From: Phoronis australis
Lineage: Eukaryota; Animalia; Phoronida
Assembly (NCBI GenBank): GCA_002633005.1
Contig: NMRA01000150.1
Coordinates: 740,053 to 804,052, forward strand
Direction: 5' to 3'
Length of the DNA: 64,000 nt
Shown here: one piece after another, positions 1-14,127 of the stretch
Position numbering within the stretch: position 1 is the first letter of the stretch
How the letters are laid out: every line of letters starts with the position of its first letter
The notes under the pieces: model-generated
Seen by the model: only the letters and a program-made list of their open reading frames with translations
Told to the model about the DNA's origin: nothing
Database searches by the model: none
Program-made: the position numbers and the translations under genes

Positions 1-2159
1 ATATAAAACATTGCTTTAGGGAAATCAACATAACACATCCAGTGTACATTTACTGCGAATTATTTTTGGAGTGTATTAGACTAAATCATCACTGAATCAT
101 AGACAATCTATTTCGGACCGGTTCATAGTATAAAATTCTCTCACAGGGAATCAACAACAATATGAAAACAGTTTCTTCAGTTATGGCAGACATATAGTTT
201 TCTTTTAAAATACTAATTGGTCTTAACAATTGTATGTAAGAATCACCCAATGACACATAGAGTGGCCATTTAAATGTACCCAAACACAACAAAAATGCAC
301 TGGTTCTGTTAAAGATGCTGCTGAAATAACACAAATAGGAAAAAGGTTCAAAACAAAACGTCAAAATACTATCACATCAGACAACTACCAACCATAAACT
401 CTGTAAATCTGAATAAAGTTTCGTGAATTAACAACTTTCACTACTGGATTGAATAATTTTATTCATGGTGATTTTGATTCTCATGTCTGTAGAAGGAGGC
501 ATACTCTTTGCATGACACATTCACAACAACAAGGAGTGTCCTCAGGCTTACTCTTTCTGTGAAACATTGATCGCAGATATGGCACTGAAACAACTTGGTT
601 CCTGAGCACTATGCTTCATATTGTGTTTTCTTATGCGGTAAAAAAATCTTGCCCCATGCAACATGGGGCTGGTAAAGGTCTTGCTTGCAACTAGTGAGTG
701 ACACTGTGTTTTATTGTCATGTGGTTATACAATAAAGGTTTCTTCCTGAACGAAGCTCCACAACATATATGCATACACAGCCCTTTGTCACATGCAGCAG
801 TTGTGCTACCGGTACTCTTTTTTGAAGGCGTGTGTGTTAACACTCTGAAGGACTCCTCATGCGGCTACAGTTCAACTGAAAAATCAAACACATTTAATCA
901 TATTTGTGAGGCTAAATCTCACACAGAAATCATAAAAAACGGTGAAAGTATAACAAACAATTGACCTGTCAACTACTTCATGGTCGTATTATTCTAAACT
1001 TATTGATAAAACACCGTAACTTGAACAATTATTCAGGAAAATGCACTGAAAAAACGTGCTTTCACGATCGCATTTTTTTGCGTTCACGATCGCCATGGAG
1101 AATTAACAGCTTCGTTCCCGATCGCCGTCTCACACAAGGACCTGCTTGTATCGGTAGATAGCTCGAATTGTTTCACAAATTATAACTAACAAAGGTGTCG
1201 CCAGGGAAGATTTAACTATAAACGTCACACGTGTCCACTGAAGAACCCAGGAATTGCTAATAACAAGTAGAAATTGACGAATTTACAAGACGCAAGTCAT
1301 TTTACCGAAAGCCATTGCATTCTGCGGTCTCTATTTCAAAAAAAAATAGCAAAAGCCAAGTATTATTTCAGATCCACAACAAAGGCTAAGCTCTGACGCT
1401 TTTCGATGTGTCGCATCGGTACCAAAGTAGCCTCTGTTTAAGAAGAAAATGACACTTATACTCACCGGGTACTTCACTGTCGTCTGCCATTTTTGGTGTA
1501 AGGTTTCGTTCTCGATCGTCTTCCGGGCGTTCTCGATCGCGGGTTGGCCGGGGTGGTACACTATAGGCAGGAATTCAGAGTTCATCAGTGAACGGGACGG
1601 CAAACAAAATCTGGAATATCATTAGGGGATTGAAGAATTATCGATGACTAAACTGTTATGTGAAATCTGACAGGGAAGCAAATTGTTTTTTTAACTTTCC
1701 TCGTCTTTAGGACTAACTTATATTTTAACTTGCCACGTCGGACAAGTAGAAATGAAATGTACTTGTCCTGACCTATACGACACTTGTCCGCTGGTAGTTA
1801 AACTCAAATTATAGTTTTCAAACACATATGAATGATGCACATTATACCTGTTACCACAAGCTCAATAAACATATGTAAGAGCATACATTACACAACTTTT
1901 AAATTTCGCACAAGTTTATTGAAGTGGGTATTTGGATTTGGATTTCACCAGTGAACAGGCCCCAAGTTTACATGTTTTTTACAAGCTGCCCAGTGAGCCG
2001 TCGACTTTTCCCAATGGAATCGTAGACAACCATGCACGTGCTAATGATTGACAGGTCTTCTTACTGAATACTTTGAGCTTAGACAACCAAACACATATTA
2101 ACGATTGACAGGTCTTCTTATTGAATACTTTGAATTGTGTAACATTTTATATACATTGT

Positions 2160-5070
2160 GGCCTGCATGCACCCACCTCTCAGCCCACACTCTGCCTGGA
2201 CCATCACCTGAATGACAACCTGACCGTCACATGGCGGCAACGCCTCTTAGAACCCTAACCCTTCGCCAGGTTGGAGGCATCTGTCTGTCCTGAGGGTTAT
2301 GCCCGCCTGGGATTCTCCCACCAGCTGTCCTCTTGCCCAACCACTACTGAAGTCTCTTGCATGGCAAATACAGGGTGCCAGAGCTGCCGAGCTGGTATTG
2401 GCATCTTACATCAGCTCGGACTCACGAATGACGACCTCCCGTGCACATGCAAATGCACGCAGCGAACAACGAAGGCATACCAATCATTGGCGCGACTCCC
2501 ATACGTTTCGCGGGTGCAATAACGACAGTAAGGCGCGAGAAACACGCCACCTGGTCTACATCACGCCATCATCAAGCAAAGTGTTCCTGAGCCGGGAAGC
2601 ATGCGTAGCCCTTGGCATAATCTCGACAATCGGTGAGTTCTGCGACTCAGGACAGAACATGCCCAACCCGACGCTGACTGCTCCGTAACATACTGCTGCA
2701 GTCCCGAGACAGCCTCGCTTTACTCCTGCCCGAAACGCCACCACCAAACTGTCGACTTCCAGCCACTCAATAAGTAAGCCTTGCGAGAGACACACCATAC
2801 CCCGTCCCCATTCCACCAGGCCAGATTGGTCCCGCCGAAGACGAAAAAACAGTCTTCGACGCTTGGAACGGTTATCACATTGTACCTATTTGTCAGAAAG
2901 GCCGTCATTTCACCACCTTTATCACCCCATGAGGTCGATACCGATACCGTGTGGCCCCCAATGATACTTAGCATCTGGCAATGCGTACACCCGCCGCTTT
3001 GATAAGCTGGTCGTGCATATACAGAAGAAGACAAAGATGATACTTTGCTCTGGGCAGACACCCCGCTGGAAAGCTTTTTCCAGGCCTGCGAATGGAATCA
3101 TACTCAACCCGGACAAGTTTACCTTTGGCCGGGACTCGGTCGAGTTTGCTGGATTGGAGATCACTCGAGACTGTTCGTCCCTGCACGGCGTTCCTTAGCA
3201 CAATCCTGGACTTCCCCACCCCACAGTCACTTACTGACATGCGCTCCTGGTTCGGCCTTCTCAACCAGGTATCGTATGCCTTTAGCATGGCTAACTGCAT
3301 GAAAGTATTTCGTGACTTGCTGAAGCTCCACACACCATTTGTATGGACGGACCAGCTACAGTCCTTATTCGACGAATCGAAGAGAGTCATCGTTCAAAAA
3401 CATTGAGCACGGGGTGCGTATATTTGACAAATCGCGACCGACGTGCCTTGCCACTGATTGGTATAAAGAGGGCATTGGTTTCTGGCTCTTGCAAAAGCAC
3501 ACGTCAGCGCCTCATCCCGTTTTGCTGTCGCTCAGGCTGGAAGGCAACTCTCGTCGGGAGTCGTTTCATCCACCCCGCTGAGTCCCGGTACGCTCCGACA
3601 GAGGGCGAAGCGTTCGCCGTTGCTGATGCCCTCGACAAAGCTCGTCACTTTGTCCTTGGCCAAAAGCCGCTGGTCAAGATTTTCACAGACTGCTCCCTGG
3701 AAAATATACCACACTCCCGCATCAGGAACCTGAAGGAAAAGACGCTTCGGTACCGCTTCAAGGTCATGCATGTACCTGGTGCCCATCACAAAGCAGCAGA
3801 TGCAACATCCCGGCGACCATCAGGACCAGCGGTACGACGTCCCCTCCCGGATGACGTTGCCAACATCATGGGTTATGACTCTGCTTGTTTATCTTGAGAC
3901 AGATGTGTCTCGCCCCTCCCTCACGATGCACCCTCGGGCAGCTACCATGGCGACCCTCCGAGTCCCACCTTGCTATCCATTGAGCCTGGAACAGTTATGG
4001 AACTCAACCGTCTCGACTTTGACCTCACTGGACTGCATTACATGGGACAAGGTACGCAAGTAGACAAGCAGCGACCCCACGATGAGTGCCCTGTTGACCG
4101 ATGTTGAGTGCGGTCCACCGAATAAGCAGTCGGAAATGGCTTCCCCACTGCGTGCGTATCATCAGTTTTGTGAGCATCACCACGCCGTTGATGGTGTTGT
4201 CATCTACAAGGACCGCATCGTGATCCCTCCCAAGCTGCAATCCGCTGTTTTGGACACCCTGCACTCTGCTCACCAGGGTGTATTGTCCATGCTGGCTCGT
4301 GCTAAAGCCTCCGTCTTTTGGCCTGGCATCATTTTAGACATTGCAAACCTCAGAGACAACTGTAACCACTGCAACCGGATGGCTCCATCACAGCCCTAGT
4401 GTGCACCGCCAATGCCACCGACCTAACCGGTGTACCCTTTTCAGAGCGTTTGTGCAGATTTCTTCACCTACAAAGGTGCCCATTATCTAGTCATATTTGA
4501 CAGATACTCCAACTGGCTGATTGTGGAAAGGGCCCACTCCGTCTCGGATGGCTTGATGGATAGCCTACATCGGTGCTTCGACGTTACTTTCGGTATACCA
4601 GACGACCTCTCGAGCGACGGTGGCCCGGAGTTCTACTCGACCACGACGCGCAATTTCCTCAAGGCATGGGGCATTCATCACCGCGTCTTGTCGGTCGCCT
4701 ATCTCCACAGTAATTGCCGGGAGGAGGTCGGTGTGAAGACGGCTATGAAGAGACTCGTCACTGACAACACCGCACCGTGAATGGCGAACTGGCCACGAAT
4801 GCCTTTCAGCGTGCCATGCTGCAGTACCGGAATACCCCTGACAAAGACACAAAAATGTCACCCGCTGACTGCGTGTTTGGTCGCCCCATCAAGGACTTCA
4901 TCCCGCTGTTGCCTGGGAGATAACATCCGCATAAGACCTGGGCTGAAACCTTGAGACTCCGCGAGGCAGCCCTGAGACAACGTCATATGCGTATCTCTGA
5001 ACGTCTCAACGCACACACTCGCGGCCTCCCTCCCTTGGTTGTCGTTGACTGCGTCCGCATCCAAAACCAA
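2160..5070 (+). mobile_element. Degenerate Ty3/Gypsy LTR retrotransposon pol (protease, partial RT, RNase H, integrase) with stops and frameshifts
   Basis: Fragments in Gypsy order: protease-like ANTGCQSC (~2365), RT end GIILNPDKFTFGRDSVEFAG (~3095), RNase H CLATDWxKEGIGFWLLQK and AESRYAPTEGEA, integrase zinc finger LHSAHQG..C..C (4082-4399), rve core [30 protein letters not shown] (4430-4780). Confidence 0.9.
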
Positions 5071-7286
5071 GTTGGACCCAATCCCCGCGGAAATACACAC
5101 CTGTCTCACCGCCATCCCAACCGTTGCCTCTGCTTATACTTCCACCCATCATGGACAAAGACGGTCCTCTCTCAGGATTCGTCCAGCGGCCTTTTCCCAC
5201 CCACATCCGGCATGCTACCTTCTCTTGGCGATCACGTCGACAAGTCCATTGGTGAGAAGCCTTTCTCCCCTGACTCGTCCGTCGACCTCTCTCCTACCAT
5301 GATGTCTCCGTCTGTGCCGACTGCCGAAGGTGACCCATCCGCTCAGACCAACGTTCCGTTCCCCAGGTTTCACTTCCTCCGCCTTCGGACGGACCTCGTC
5401 GTTCCACTCGCACCACCCGGAAGCCTTCCTGGATGCAAGACTTTGTTACTGTTGTATTAATGGGGAGTCGGTTGGCCAAGAGGACACACAAGTTCGGGCC
5501 TATTAACACGGTGCAAGAGCAAAGTCTGGAGAATACTCACATTGCGTCCGCACAGGACGGCAGCGAACTCCAGAAGGCCCAGACGATCTTGTCACGTGGT
5601 CTTGATGGTTGACTCGTCACGTGATAGGAGTGTGACCTCGGCTGGGCTCTTCTGGCGTTAGATGTCGCACCAGGCCAAGACCAACATTGTCACGAAAAGG
5701 ACATCACGACATAGAGACGCCACAGCCGAGACTGACGTCGACATTTACTACATTCCTCCCTTCCCTAAAGAAAAGGAGTGGAGCCCTTATAGCAAATGGC
5801 GAACGTCACTCCCAACACCTAAGCATAAACCCTTGACCTAAGATGACAAGACTCTAAACCCTATAAGTAACATGATTAGGAATGACCTTATGAAGTAAGA
5901 ATTACTGTTTAAAATTTTAACTAACTATTCTCCCCCCTACCAAAAAAAAACACATACTAATTAGACATACAGTCATAGCATATATCCATTATTGTAGTCG
6001 AACATGACTAAAAAAAGAAAAAAAAAGAAAATATGCTCCACTAATACCAGTACCAGGGAGCATAAAATTCCTGGACTATGCTATGACAACACTCTTATTG
6101 TTGGTGATGACCTGGCGAGAGAATATATACATTTTTTTTTTAAAACTAAAAAACTGAACAACAAAAGCATACTGGCCAAAAACTCTACCTGGGCCTCTAT
6201 ATACTGGCATTATTAGTCACTGTCGCTGACTGCTCATATGAGTTTGGGGAGATAGACAATATTGGTTCTGCCACTAGAGGGCTCACTGTTCCCCTATAGG
6301 TGGCACTGGCTGTTTTAATATGGCAGCCTCCAACCTACAGTCTCTGTGAACTCTTGTACAGGTACATCAGCTTTAGATTCATGTATACTGTTAGTTTAAG
6401 CACACAGTTCAGTTTGTCATTAGTTTATTACAGTCTTTATGTAGCGTATATCTACTCATAAGTCACAGATGTTTTATTTGTTTTGTAGATATCGCCATTA
6501 TTCTTTGTCACATTGTCTGGCCGTGCAATAATGACTGGTGATTTATGAAATAACCCGTGTGTGTGTTTTGGTTGCCAAAGTGTCTAGGAGGGAGCAAATC
6601 TACAAAATCAGGTGCTTCCCTTATAAATACGTGGCACACTAGTGGAGTTTTTCTTAATCTGCATTTTCTCTCAAAAAAATTGGCCTACTGAATGCACGCC
6701 TTCCTCAGTTCTAAGACTCTAAGAGATGACGAGCAGCGACGGAGGTACGTAAAAAACCCAATCACGCTCAGGATCAGGGCGCCACTGTGTTGTGTGTGCT
6801 ATTCCACTTCGGAGAGTCAAATTCCGTTACTTCAATCTGCCGAAGTATATTTGAACTACTATTCTTGACGTCCAACGTCAGTGTAGTTCCGTGAGGGTAA
6901 AATCGGTCCTCCGTGCAGTAAGCACCCACTCTTGACTTTTCAAAAATTTTGATTTTAACCACCCATGCTCAGGTTACCGTCCACCCGGTTTTTTGATTCC
7001 CAATTTAAGCGCCCTGGTCGGTAATCCGGACGAGTACGGTATTTGCGATTTTCTGTTGACGCTGCACAAATGTTGGTTTATCTTTTGTTTAACAATACTA
7101 TATCTTTAAATAAAATAGAAAATAAATCTGAGACTAAAAGAGGCGATCCAGATCCTAAAGGATACTCTTGTGTGAGGAAAAGTAAATGGATCCATTCTAC
7201 TCACAAGTGTATCTTGAATCGCCTCTGTTAGTTTTGGATTCATTTTCTGCTATAATTTATCATATCTAATCTGAAGCATCCATCAA

Positions 7287-7480
7287 GTGGATCCTAGGAG
7301 AAGCAACATGAATGGAAAGAAGTTTGATCAAGCAAAAACATCATTAGATAAGCACATCAGATATCTACATCATTTTAATACTCTATCCAACTTCAAGAAG
7401 AACATTTGCTTCCCTAAAGGAATGGATCTCAAAAAGACTCCCGCAATAGAATGCAACAACTTATTTTGATACAAATGGAA
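7287..7480 (+). mobile_element. Penelope-like element ORF N-terminal fragment (truncated)
   Basis: KHIRYLHHFNTLSNFKKNICFPKGMDLKKTP..F*YKW resembles the PLE N-terminal pattern (R..HH..L....PKG..LK..P...F..KW); recognised from memory, not searched. Confidence 0.45.
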
Positions 7481-7704
7481 TATGATCCATTTTTGTTGTT
7501 TTATTTATTTATACATTCTATATTACGTAATGATTTCTGACGTCTTCATTCATCATTTGGTTATCATCAACATGTTCATTATCGCTACCATCATCGTCAT
7601 CATTGTCATCATCAATTTATTTTCAGTCAATTTCACCAAGTGTTGCCCCTCCGAGCGCTTTCATGTTATTTTGTGGTTTAATTCTGTATCTTGTTCCTTG
7701 TCAG

Positions 7705-7880
7705 ATTTTCATGGAATTTGACAACCGTTGGCAGTGTTGTCGTGAGTGCAGACCACTACTTAGCATTCTCTTATTATTACTGCACTCGCTTACAGGGGAC
7801 ACTCATTTTGAAAACCAGTTTTCTCCAACAAATTAGGGGCATCAAACTGGTTCTCATAATTCAGTATCGTTGTGACCCAT
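7705..7880 (+). CDS. Possible upstream coding exon of the receptor gene
   Basis: ccttgtcag acceptor and T|gtaagt donor; open frame FSWNLTTVGSVVVSADHYLAFSYYY..RCDP ends in phase 1, compatible with exon 9052; weak resemblance to exon 43008. Confidence 0.35.
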
Positions 7881-9051
7881 GTAAGTGACAATAGCCCTTA
7901 GTACTCAATGTAGGTTCACCACAACATCACTCAAACAATGTACTCTCCCAAGAACTATGTGGTAGTGGCAGATTTGAGACAAAAGCTACATTTGATTGTG
8001 TTTCTTGTAAATGAAGTATATTTCATCACTGGGGAATATGAGAGGGCGTCCCAGAACTTTTGAGTGCGGGTTGGGCAATGTACATGCCTGTAAACTCGAT
8101 CGAGCCATTCAGCTAAAAAACAACTTGGGTGATAATAGAATTTCTATAGCCTGGCCATATATTGCTGACACTCAGCAAATGTCATCTCCACTGACTCTGA
8201 CTTGGGATTTCTCAGAGTCTATAGAAATAATCACCTTGGCGTGACCGCACGGCACCACTTGCGACATTGTGGAATCCATGTTCCTGTCACCTCTTAGACC
8301 ACAGTCTTGAACTTTCCAGAATCTACTCAATTATTCTACAAACACATACTCTAGAATGTTCCAAACCACTGGTTCTATATTAGTCACTTATATGCTGGAA
8401 CATGTTAGAATGTTGTCTGGTATGCTATTGTAAACAATTTACATCATCACTTGACCTCATGGGTCATCTCAATCAAGCGCGATCTTCTAGAAAACAAATA
8501 GAGAATAGCAAAATAAAACGTACAGAAATAAAACAAATGTCAGTCTTCTTCGGACCTTTTGTTTGCCGTTGCTCTCCTCTGTACAAAATGGTGGTTTAAA
8601 TTGTAGATCACTAAAGATTATTCCAGGGATAGCAACTTCAAGTGAAATTACATCTCAAATGTTATGTTCTGATTATGTAATTTTGTAGCAAAAAGCATAG
8701 GCTTTCTTATTATGACATGTTGGAATTATTTTTGTTTCTATTATTGTCATTTCAGCAAAATGTAAAACTCGCTCCCTCTCCCTCCCTTGTTCTACACCGG
8801 CCTCTCCATCTCTATTCATCCTTCCCTCCCACCTTTCATTCTACTCACTGATGCCAAATTTAAAATGATTGTTCCTAATATTTCTTCAGACTTGGCATTG
8901 ACTTGTGTGTTACCAAAATGTGTTTTACATGGTTAACTGCTAATTCATATTTCTCTCTAAGCTTAACCACCATTATTGTCAAAGACATTGTCTCCCTCAG
9001 TTTTGTTGTTTCCCTAAAAATAACTTCTGCATTATTGTGGTTTTATTTCAG

Positions 9052-9255
9052 TGAATATCGCTGCTAACAAACCAACTCAACAGTCCAGCACACTTGGTAG
9101 TCTCACATCTTCAAAAGCTGTGGATGGGGTCCTGAGACAACACTACACCTACTGTGCTCACACAGTTGAGGAGAAGGACCCCTGGTGGAGAGTGGACCTG
9201 TTAGCTGTGTCCTCTATTTCTTCTGTTGAAATAGTGAACCGACGTGACTGTTGTG
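9052..9255 (+). CDS. Receptor exon: F-type lectin (fucolectin/F5/8C) domain 1, N-half
   Basis: ttatttcag acceptor and G|gtaaat donor; 204 nt, phase 1-1; NIAANKPTQQSS..AVDG..CAHT..DPWWRVDL..VNRRDCCG. Confidence 0.92.
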
Positions 9256-10505
9256 GTAAATTTTACCTTCATTTGAAATAATTTGATGAAGTCACAATTC
9301 ACTAAAACTAATTTGATATACTGACTTAGAGTTGCTATAAATGTGTATTCATAAAAAATAAGTTGTGATTTAGTGTAATGGTGTGGGTCATGAAATTGGT
9401 CTCATGTTGTTCCTTACTCAAATTAGAGCTGATAGCTGGACTTGACCAGTCAGGTCATTGGTTCAGATCAGGCCTAACAAGTTTGTACCATTAGGGTGTT
9501 CTCCTGTTCAGTGACTAGGTACTGATATTATCTAGCTCCTTGGTTTACTGCCGAGAACAGTCTTTTGTCTGGTGTGACAACATGCAGGCCAATTATCTAC
9601 CAAGCTTATTACCAACCACATGTGAACACAGTCAAACCCAGTGCATTGGTACGTTCGGACAGAATAGATTGTTTTAACTTCTGTTGTATTTGGGGCGATT
9701 TTGATGTTTCAAAACCTAAACATGATCAGCATTTGACGAGGAATTCAGAAATGCTATTGGTTTATGTTCGTAAAGTCGGGTGATTTTCGGACGGCCCGCC
9801 ATTTTCGATCAAGAATAAATGTTTCCGAAATGAGTTTTTCATAGTCCACGAAATTCGTACAAGGTCCAAAAACTGTTTTTCAATGATCTTTGAATTTCGG
9901 ACAATGTCATAAAAGTCGGATTTTCGGATAAGGAAAATTTTAGAAACGCTAATTTGGGATCGACACAACTCCCGTGTCACTAAAGCGTTCAACGGATGAT
10001 TACTACTCTATAAGGCTTGAATCTGAGAATTGGTGTAACGGGCTTTGTAATTTTTACCTTGTCTTGACGATGTCATGACCGTTACTCGATTGAGTCTTGC
10101 GTTTAGCTTGTGTTTGGCGCTTTAGCTATGAAAAGAGTCACCGAGTCCCGCATGACGAAAATTTCTGATGAAAATACAAATGGGAAATACACTGAAGGCT
10201 GCAGTTTTTCGTTGTAGCGTAACATGTGCTCTGGTTTAAAGTGTAATTTGCAAGGTCCAATTATGTCAAATTGCAATAATATCTTCAAGGTATTGCTATT
10301 TGGATGTATTTTATTCAAATCATCGTATTATTGTATCTTTAGTTGTTTTAAAAAAGCGAAAAGAAAATGCACGAAAAGTTGACCTTTGACACCGTGACAT
10401 GGTGTTGGGGAACACAAACCAGATCATATCCCACAATGCAGTTCACTGCTATTATATCACAGTACACGAAGAACAAAGACCGTTCAACCTTGGCGTGTTT
10501 TAGCC

Positions 10506-10752
10506 ATGGTGCTTCACTGTGTGTGTGCTAACTATTTTAACACCACCCAGGTGGAAGGCATGAGCCCATTTAAATTCTAAAAAGACAAGCATCTGGCTGA
10601 GTAATGGCAGGTTTTCGTGTGCTCTGCTTGTCTTTTGAAAATGACTGTCAAGTCAGCCATCTGTTGGAGCCGAAATATGCTCCGACCATTTTGAGGACGG
10701 CTGCTTTGACGACAAACACATCGTGATGGTTGAAGCTGGTCTTATAAAAGGG
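10506..10752 (+). pseudogene. THAP domain relic (Kolobok transposase exon 1)
   Basis: MVLHCVCAN..EGMSPFKF*KDKHLAE*WQVFV...ICSDHFEDGCFD with stops and frameshifts, ending at a gtaagt donor. Confidence 0.7.
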
Positions 10753-10890
10753 TAAGTTACCTTGAGAATTTTGATGTCTAATAATTCATGAGGCTTTCGC
10801 AGTGCCTGAACAATAACAATCTTTTTTCACAATCACCGTAGTTCTCAAGTGTTTAAAATCTGTTGTTTTTCCGTGAAAGAAAATGGATCA

Positions 10891-11152
10891 NNNNNNNNNN
10901 NNNNNNNNNNNNNNNNNNNNNNNNNNNNNNNNNNNNNNNNNNNNNNNNNNNNNNNNNNNNNNNNNNNNNNNNNNNNNNNNNNNNNNNNNNNNNNNNNNNN
11001 NNNNNNNNNNNNNNNNNNNNNNNNNNNNNNNNNNNNNNNNNNNNNNNNNNNNNNNNNNNNNNNNNNNNNNNNNNNNNNNNNNNNNNNNNNNNNNNNNNNN
11101 NNNNNNNNNNNNNNNNNNNNNNNNNNNNNNNNNNNNNNNNNNNNNNNNNNNN
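10891..11152. other. Assembly gap (N run)
   Basis: 262 consecutive n. Confidence 1.
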
Positions 11153-12054
11153 CTCATCTAAATTGTACACAGAATAATCACTTGCACAGAATTCGAACAT
11201 TGTCTTGGGAATTTTTGAGTGAGTGGTATAAGCACTCCCTCCAGATTTCCCACTTCCTACTCATGTGCATACTTTTTGTGTTTTCACACCATGTCATAGA
11301 CATCTAAAGCTATTGCATACTGGAGCTTATGGGTTGAGATTCAGTGGTTACTGTGTCGTGTTATTTGATTTCTCATTGAATTACAGTAGAACTTGCTAAG
11401 TTGTATCCAGTGAGACTGAGATATTTCATCAAAGTTAGAGTTATTTGGAGGCGTTACTGCGGAATTAATGCTAACCTTTCTAAAGTTCCCACTGAAGCGC
11501 TACCAATTTAGAAAGTTCTACTGTATAAGAAGAGGGCAGAAGATTCAGTCTCGACTTCAGACTATGGCCCAGATTCAAAACTTTTAATTTTTTATGTAAC
11601 AGCCATACTGTTCAATGTGTTCGCTTCAAGCACACAAACTGGTCTCCAATGAGACAAATTCCTCTGTTTACCTAGGTAAACCATAAGTTTAACTGATGTT
11701 GAATTTAGAGGTTTATAATGTAGTCCTAGTTAAATTACACTTGTCGTGACCATGTTATCATAAGTGTCCAGATTGATGAGCATAAATAAATGCTGCTCGC
11801 TGTGTTAATTATTTACCATTCTGAAACCACAGAAGTCTATTCATGGAATGCCTACTTCGATGTTTGATCTTTCTATGGAATTTGTCACTACAACTTTTTG
11901 CAACTCGTTTGAATTACATAAAACTAGTTCCCGAGTCACAAGTTTTCATAACAGAATACATAGGTCATGTGGAGGAGTTGGCATTCCAGGGCTAAGGCAA
12001 CTGTTGATATCTATAAATGGGTGAAACTTTTAAGAAAATCCTTGGAACTCAAAA

Positions 12055-12436
12055 GTTTTCCTCATTTCCTGGCGGAGGGTAGAAAGCTCAGATGCAGGCT
12101 ACTGCGCATGCTGGAATGACAACAAGGGCAGTTTGTCTTGAGTGACCGTGTACCCATTTTTGGAACTGTCTGTAGGCCACGTGTCAAATCCTTTTATCCA
12201 AGAGTCTGTCATAGCCATCAGGATATTGGCTTTTGGACTGCAACCATGCAGTCTCCAAAACAACACAATTTATGTATACAGGTTTAAACCCCCATGCTCC
12301 ACAATACATTTTTTTCTTCTGTGTTTAGTTGTCACGCTTCATTTCTTCATCAAGTTTTGCAACAACCTTGTCAACCTCTTGGCAACATACTCTTTCTTCA
12401 ACAACTGAGGTTGTCTGACAGTTGCCCCAGGTGCAC
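12055..12436 (-). pseudogene. KolX (P2X7 C-terminal-like Cys-rich protein) relic of Kolobok
   Basis: Minus strand after a cttgcag acceptor: CTWGNCQTTSVVEERVCCQEV..CIVEHG..LETAWLQ..HVAYRQFQKWVHGH..VVIPACAVACI*AFYP. Confidence 0.8.
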
Positions 12437-13344
12437 CTGCAAGATGTGTCAACAATAATACATTATTTCAGTAAACATCAAAATTTCGAATTGAAAAATT
12501 TACCAAGAGTGCCTCTACCAAATTGAGGGGGTCTTCATACAACTTCAGTTTTCAGGAAAATTGATTGAAACATCACAACCTATTTATTTTTTGTACAAAT
12601 TGATCATATATAGTAAAGATATTTACTTTTCATACAAATGAATAGCGCTACACCCAAGGCAGTGGTAGATCATGCCCGGGGATATAGTAATGGACATTAG
12701 TTGTTTGATTTTTTAGCTGACCCTAAGACAAAAGGTAGTTGCCCTGATTCATTGATAGAGGGGACTGTTTTGTATGTAGTCGTGAGACCTCTTCTCCAAA
12801 TCTGAATCCTATCGGCACCCACATACCATTAATCAAACTAGACAATGACAATGGGGCAAACCAACTTGAAAAGCAGTGTTGCCACTCAAAGGGTCGCCCA
12901 TATTTTGAATATTACAGTATACATTAAAACTTCTTGATATGCTATATGGGCAATCACCAATCCAATGGTATGCTCTCTTTACTCTATAGAAACTTTTACC
13001 AGGCGGTTCCTACCCAAGTCGACTCGTAACCAAGCCATGTACCATATTTCATTTATAAATAATGGCAACATTGGGTCAATGTACATCGACATGAAATGGT
13101 TGTTTCCATTTCAAGCATGGCCTTACAAAATAAAACTGTTTTGGAACACATGTGTTGATTGTTATAGGTCCGAGTTGACTTGAGTACGAAAATGAAATGA
13201 CTTGTTCTATAACCTATAGAATTATGCCGTCCCCCAGCACCAAGGTGAGAAAGTCTAAATTATAAAATTGCAATTCTTTCATCCTCTTCTTTACAATTCA
13301 CAGTCGATTATTCCAAAGTGGTTCTCATTCGTTCCCTTGCATAC

Positions 13345-14127
13345 ATTTATTCACTCACTAGTAACACCCAGCTCAGTCTCTGAGAAGTAAGAGACAATTT
13401 TGTTCAATGCTTAATTGTGTAACGGGGGCGGTGTCTACGACCAAGGCGCCCCGATTTTACGAGCCCGGTGTGGACTGAGGGTGATATTGAAAACTAAAAG
13501 TTGGTGAATAACACATATGTTTATTGTAAGAATATATAACTACAATATCTCACACTTACAAGCAATCCAGTTGTTCCATGACTTAGTATCGCAGCGTTGT
13601 GATTTATACAGTTCTCATACACGGGCAAGCCAGTCGCTGATTAATAGTTGTGTGTGCAAGAACGGGGCAATTTGGTTATTCAGATCCGAAAGGTGAGATG
13701 CAATCAAGCTCGGGAGGAGCCCGAGAATTGCTGGGGCTAAACTATTGGCAACCAAGTTCGGGAGGAGCCCGAAAGCTGCACAAACAGTTGCAATTTGGTG
13801 CGAGTGTGTTGTGAATTTTTGCTTCTTGAACTCTGCGACTGGACTCCTCGTGTCTGACAGAGACAAAGCTTAAGTACACAATTTCAACCAATCAGACACG
13901 ATCTGAAGGGCGAGGCCCATAGCTCCTAGGCTCTGACCATATTTGGCCATGTCCAAAGGACTCAACATCATAGGAAAATTCCGTACGTAATACACAGCTT
14001 GACCACTAGAGGGCGCATATATCTTACTTACATAATCATGTCCAGGGCACTCCTGTTACAATTGCATGCCAGTGAAACCCAGGATTCGAACCTGAGTCTC
14101 ACGAGCTCAAACCACTGAGCCACACTG
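13345..14127 (-). mobile_element. tRNA-derived SINE, split by the solo LTR
   Basis: Minus strand A-box TGGCTCAGTGG and B-box GGTTCGAATCC near 14120-14078; the body appears to resume left of 13418. Confidence 0.55.
13418..14060 (-). mobile_element. Solo LTR (643 bp)
   Basis: TGTAAC...GTTACA termini, ATTG 4-bp TSD on both sides, AATAAA on the minus strand, no internal ORF. Confidence 0.8.

Noticed and set aside
1-2150. Short ORFs and CpG-rich patches
   Set aside because: No recognisable domain or splice-consistent exon; likely decayed repeat sequence
10849-11307. ORFs containing X runs
   Set aside because: Artefacts of the N-gap
14078-14127. tRNA gene
   Set aside because: Only A and B boxes are present, too close for a cloverleaf, and followed by a SINE-like body
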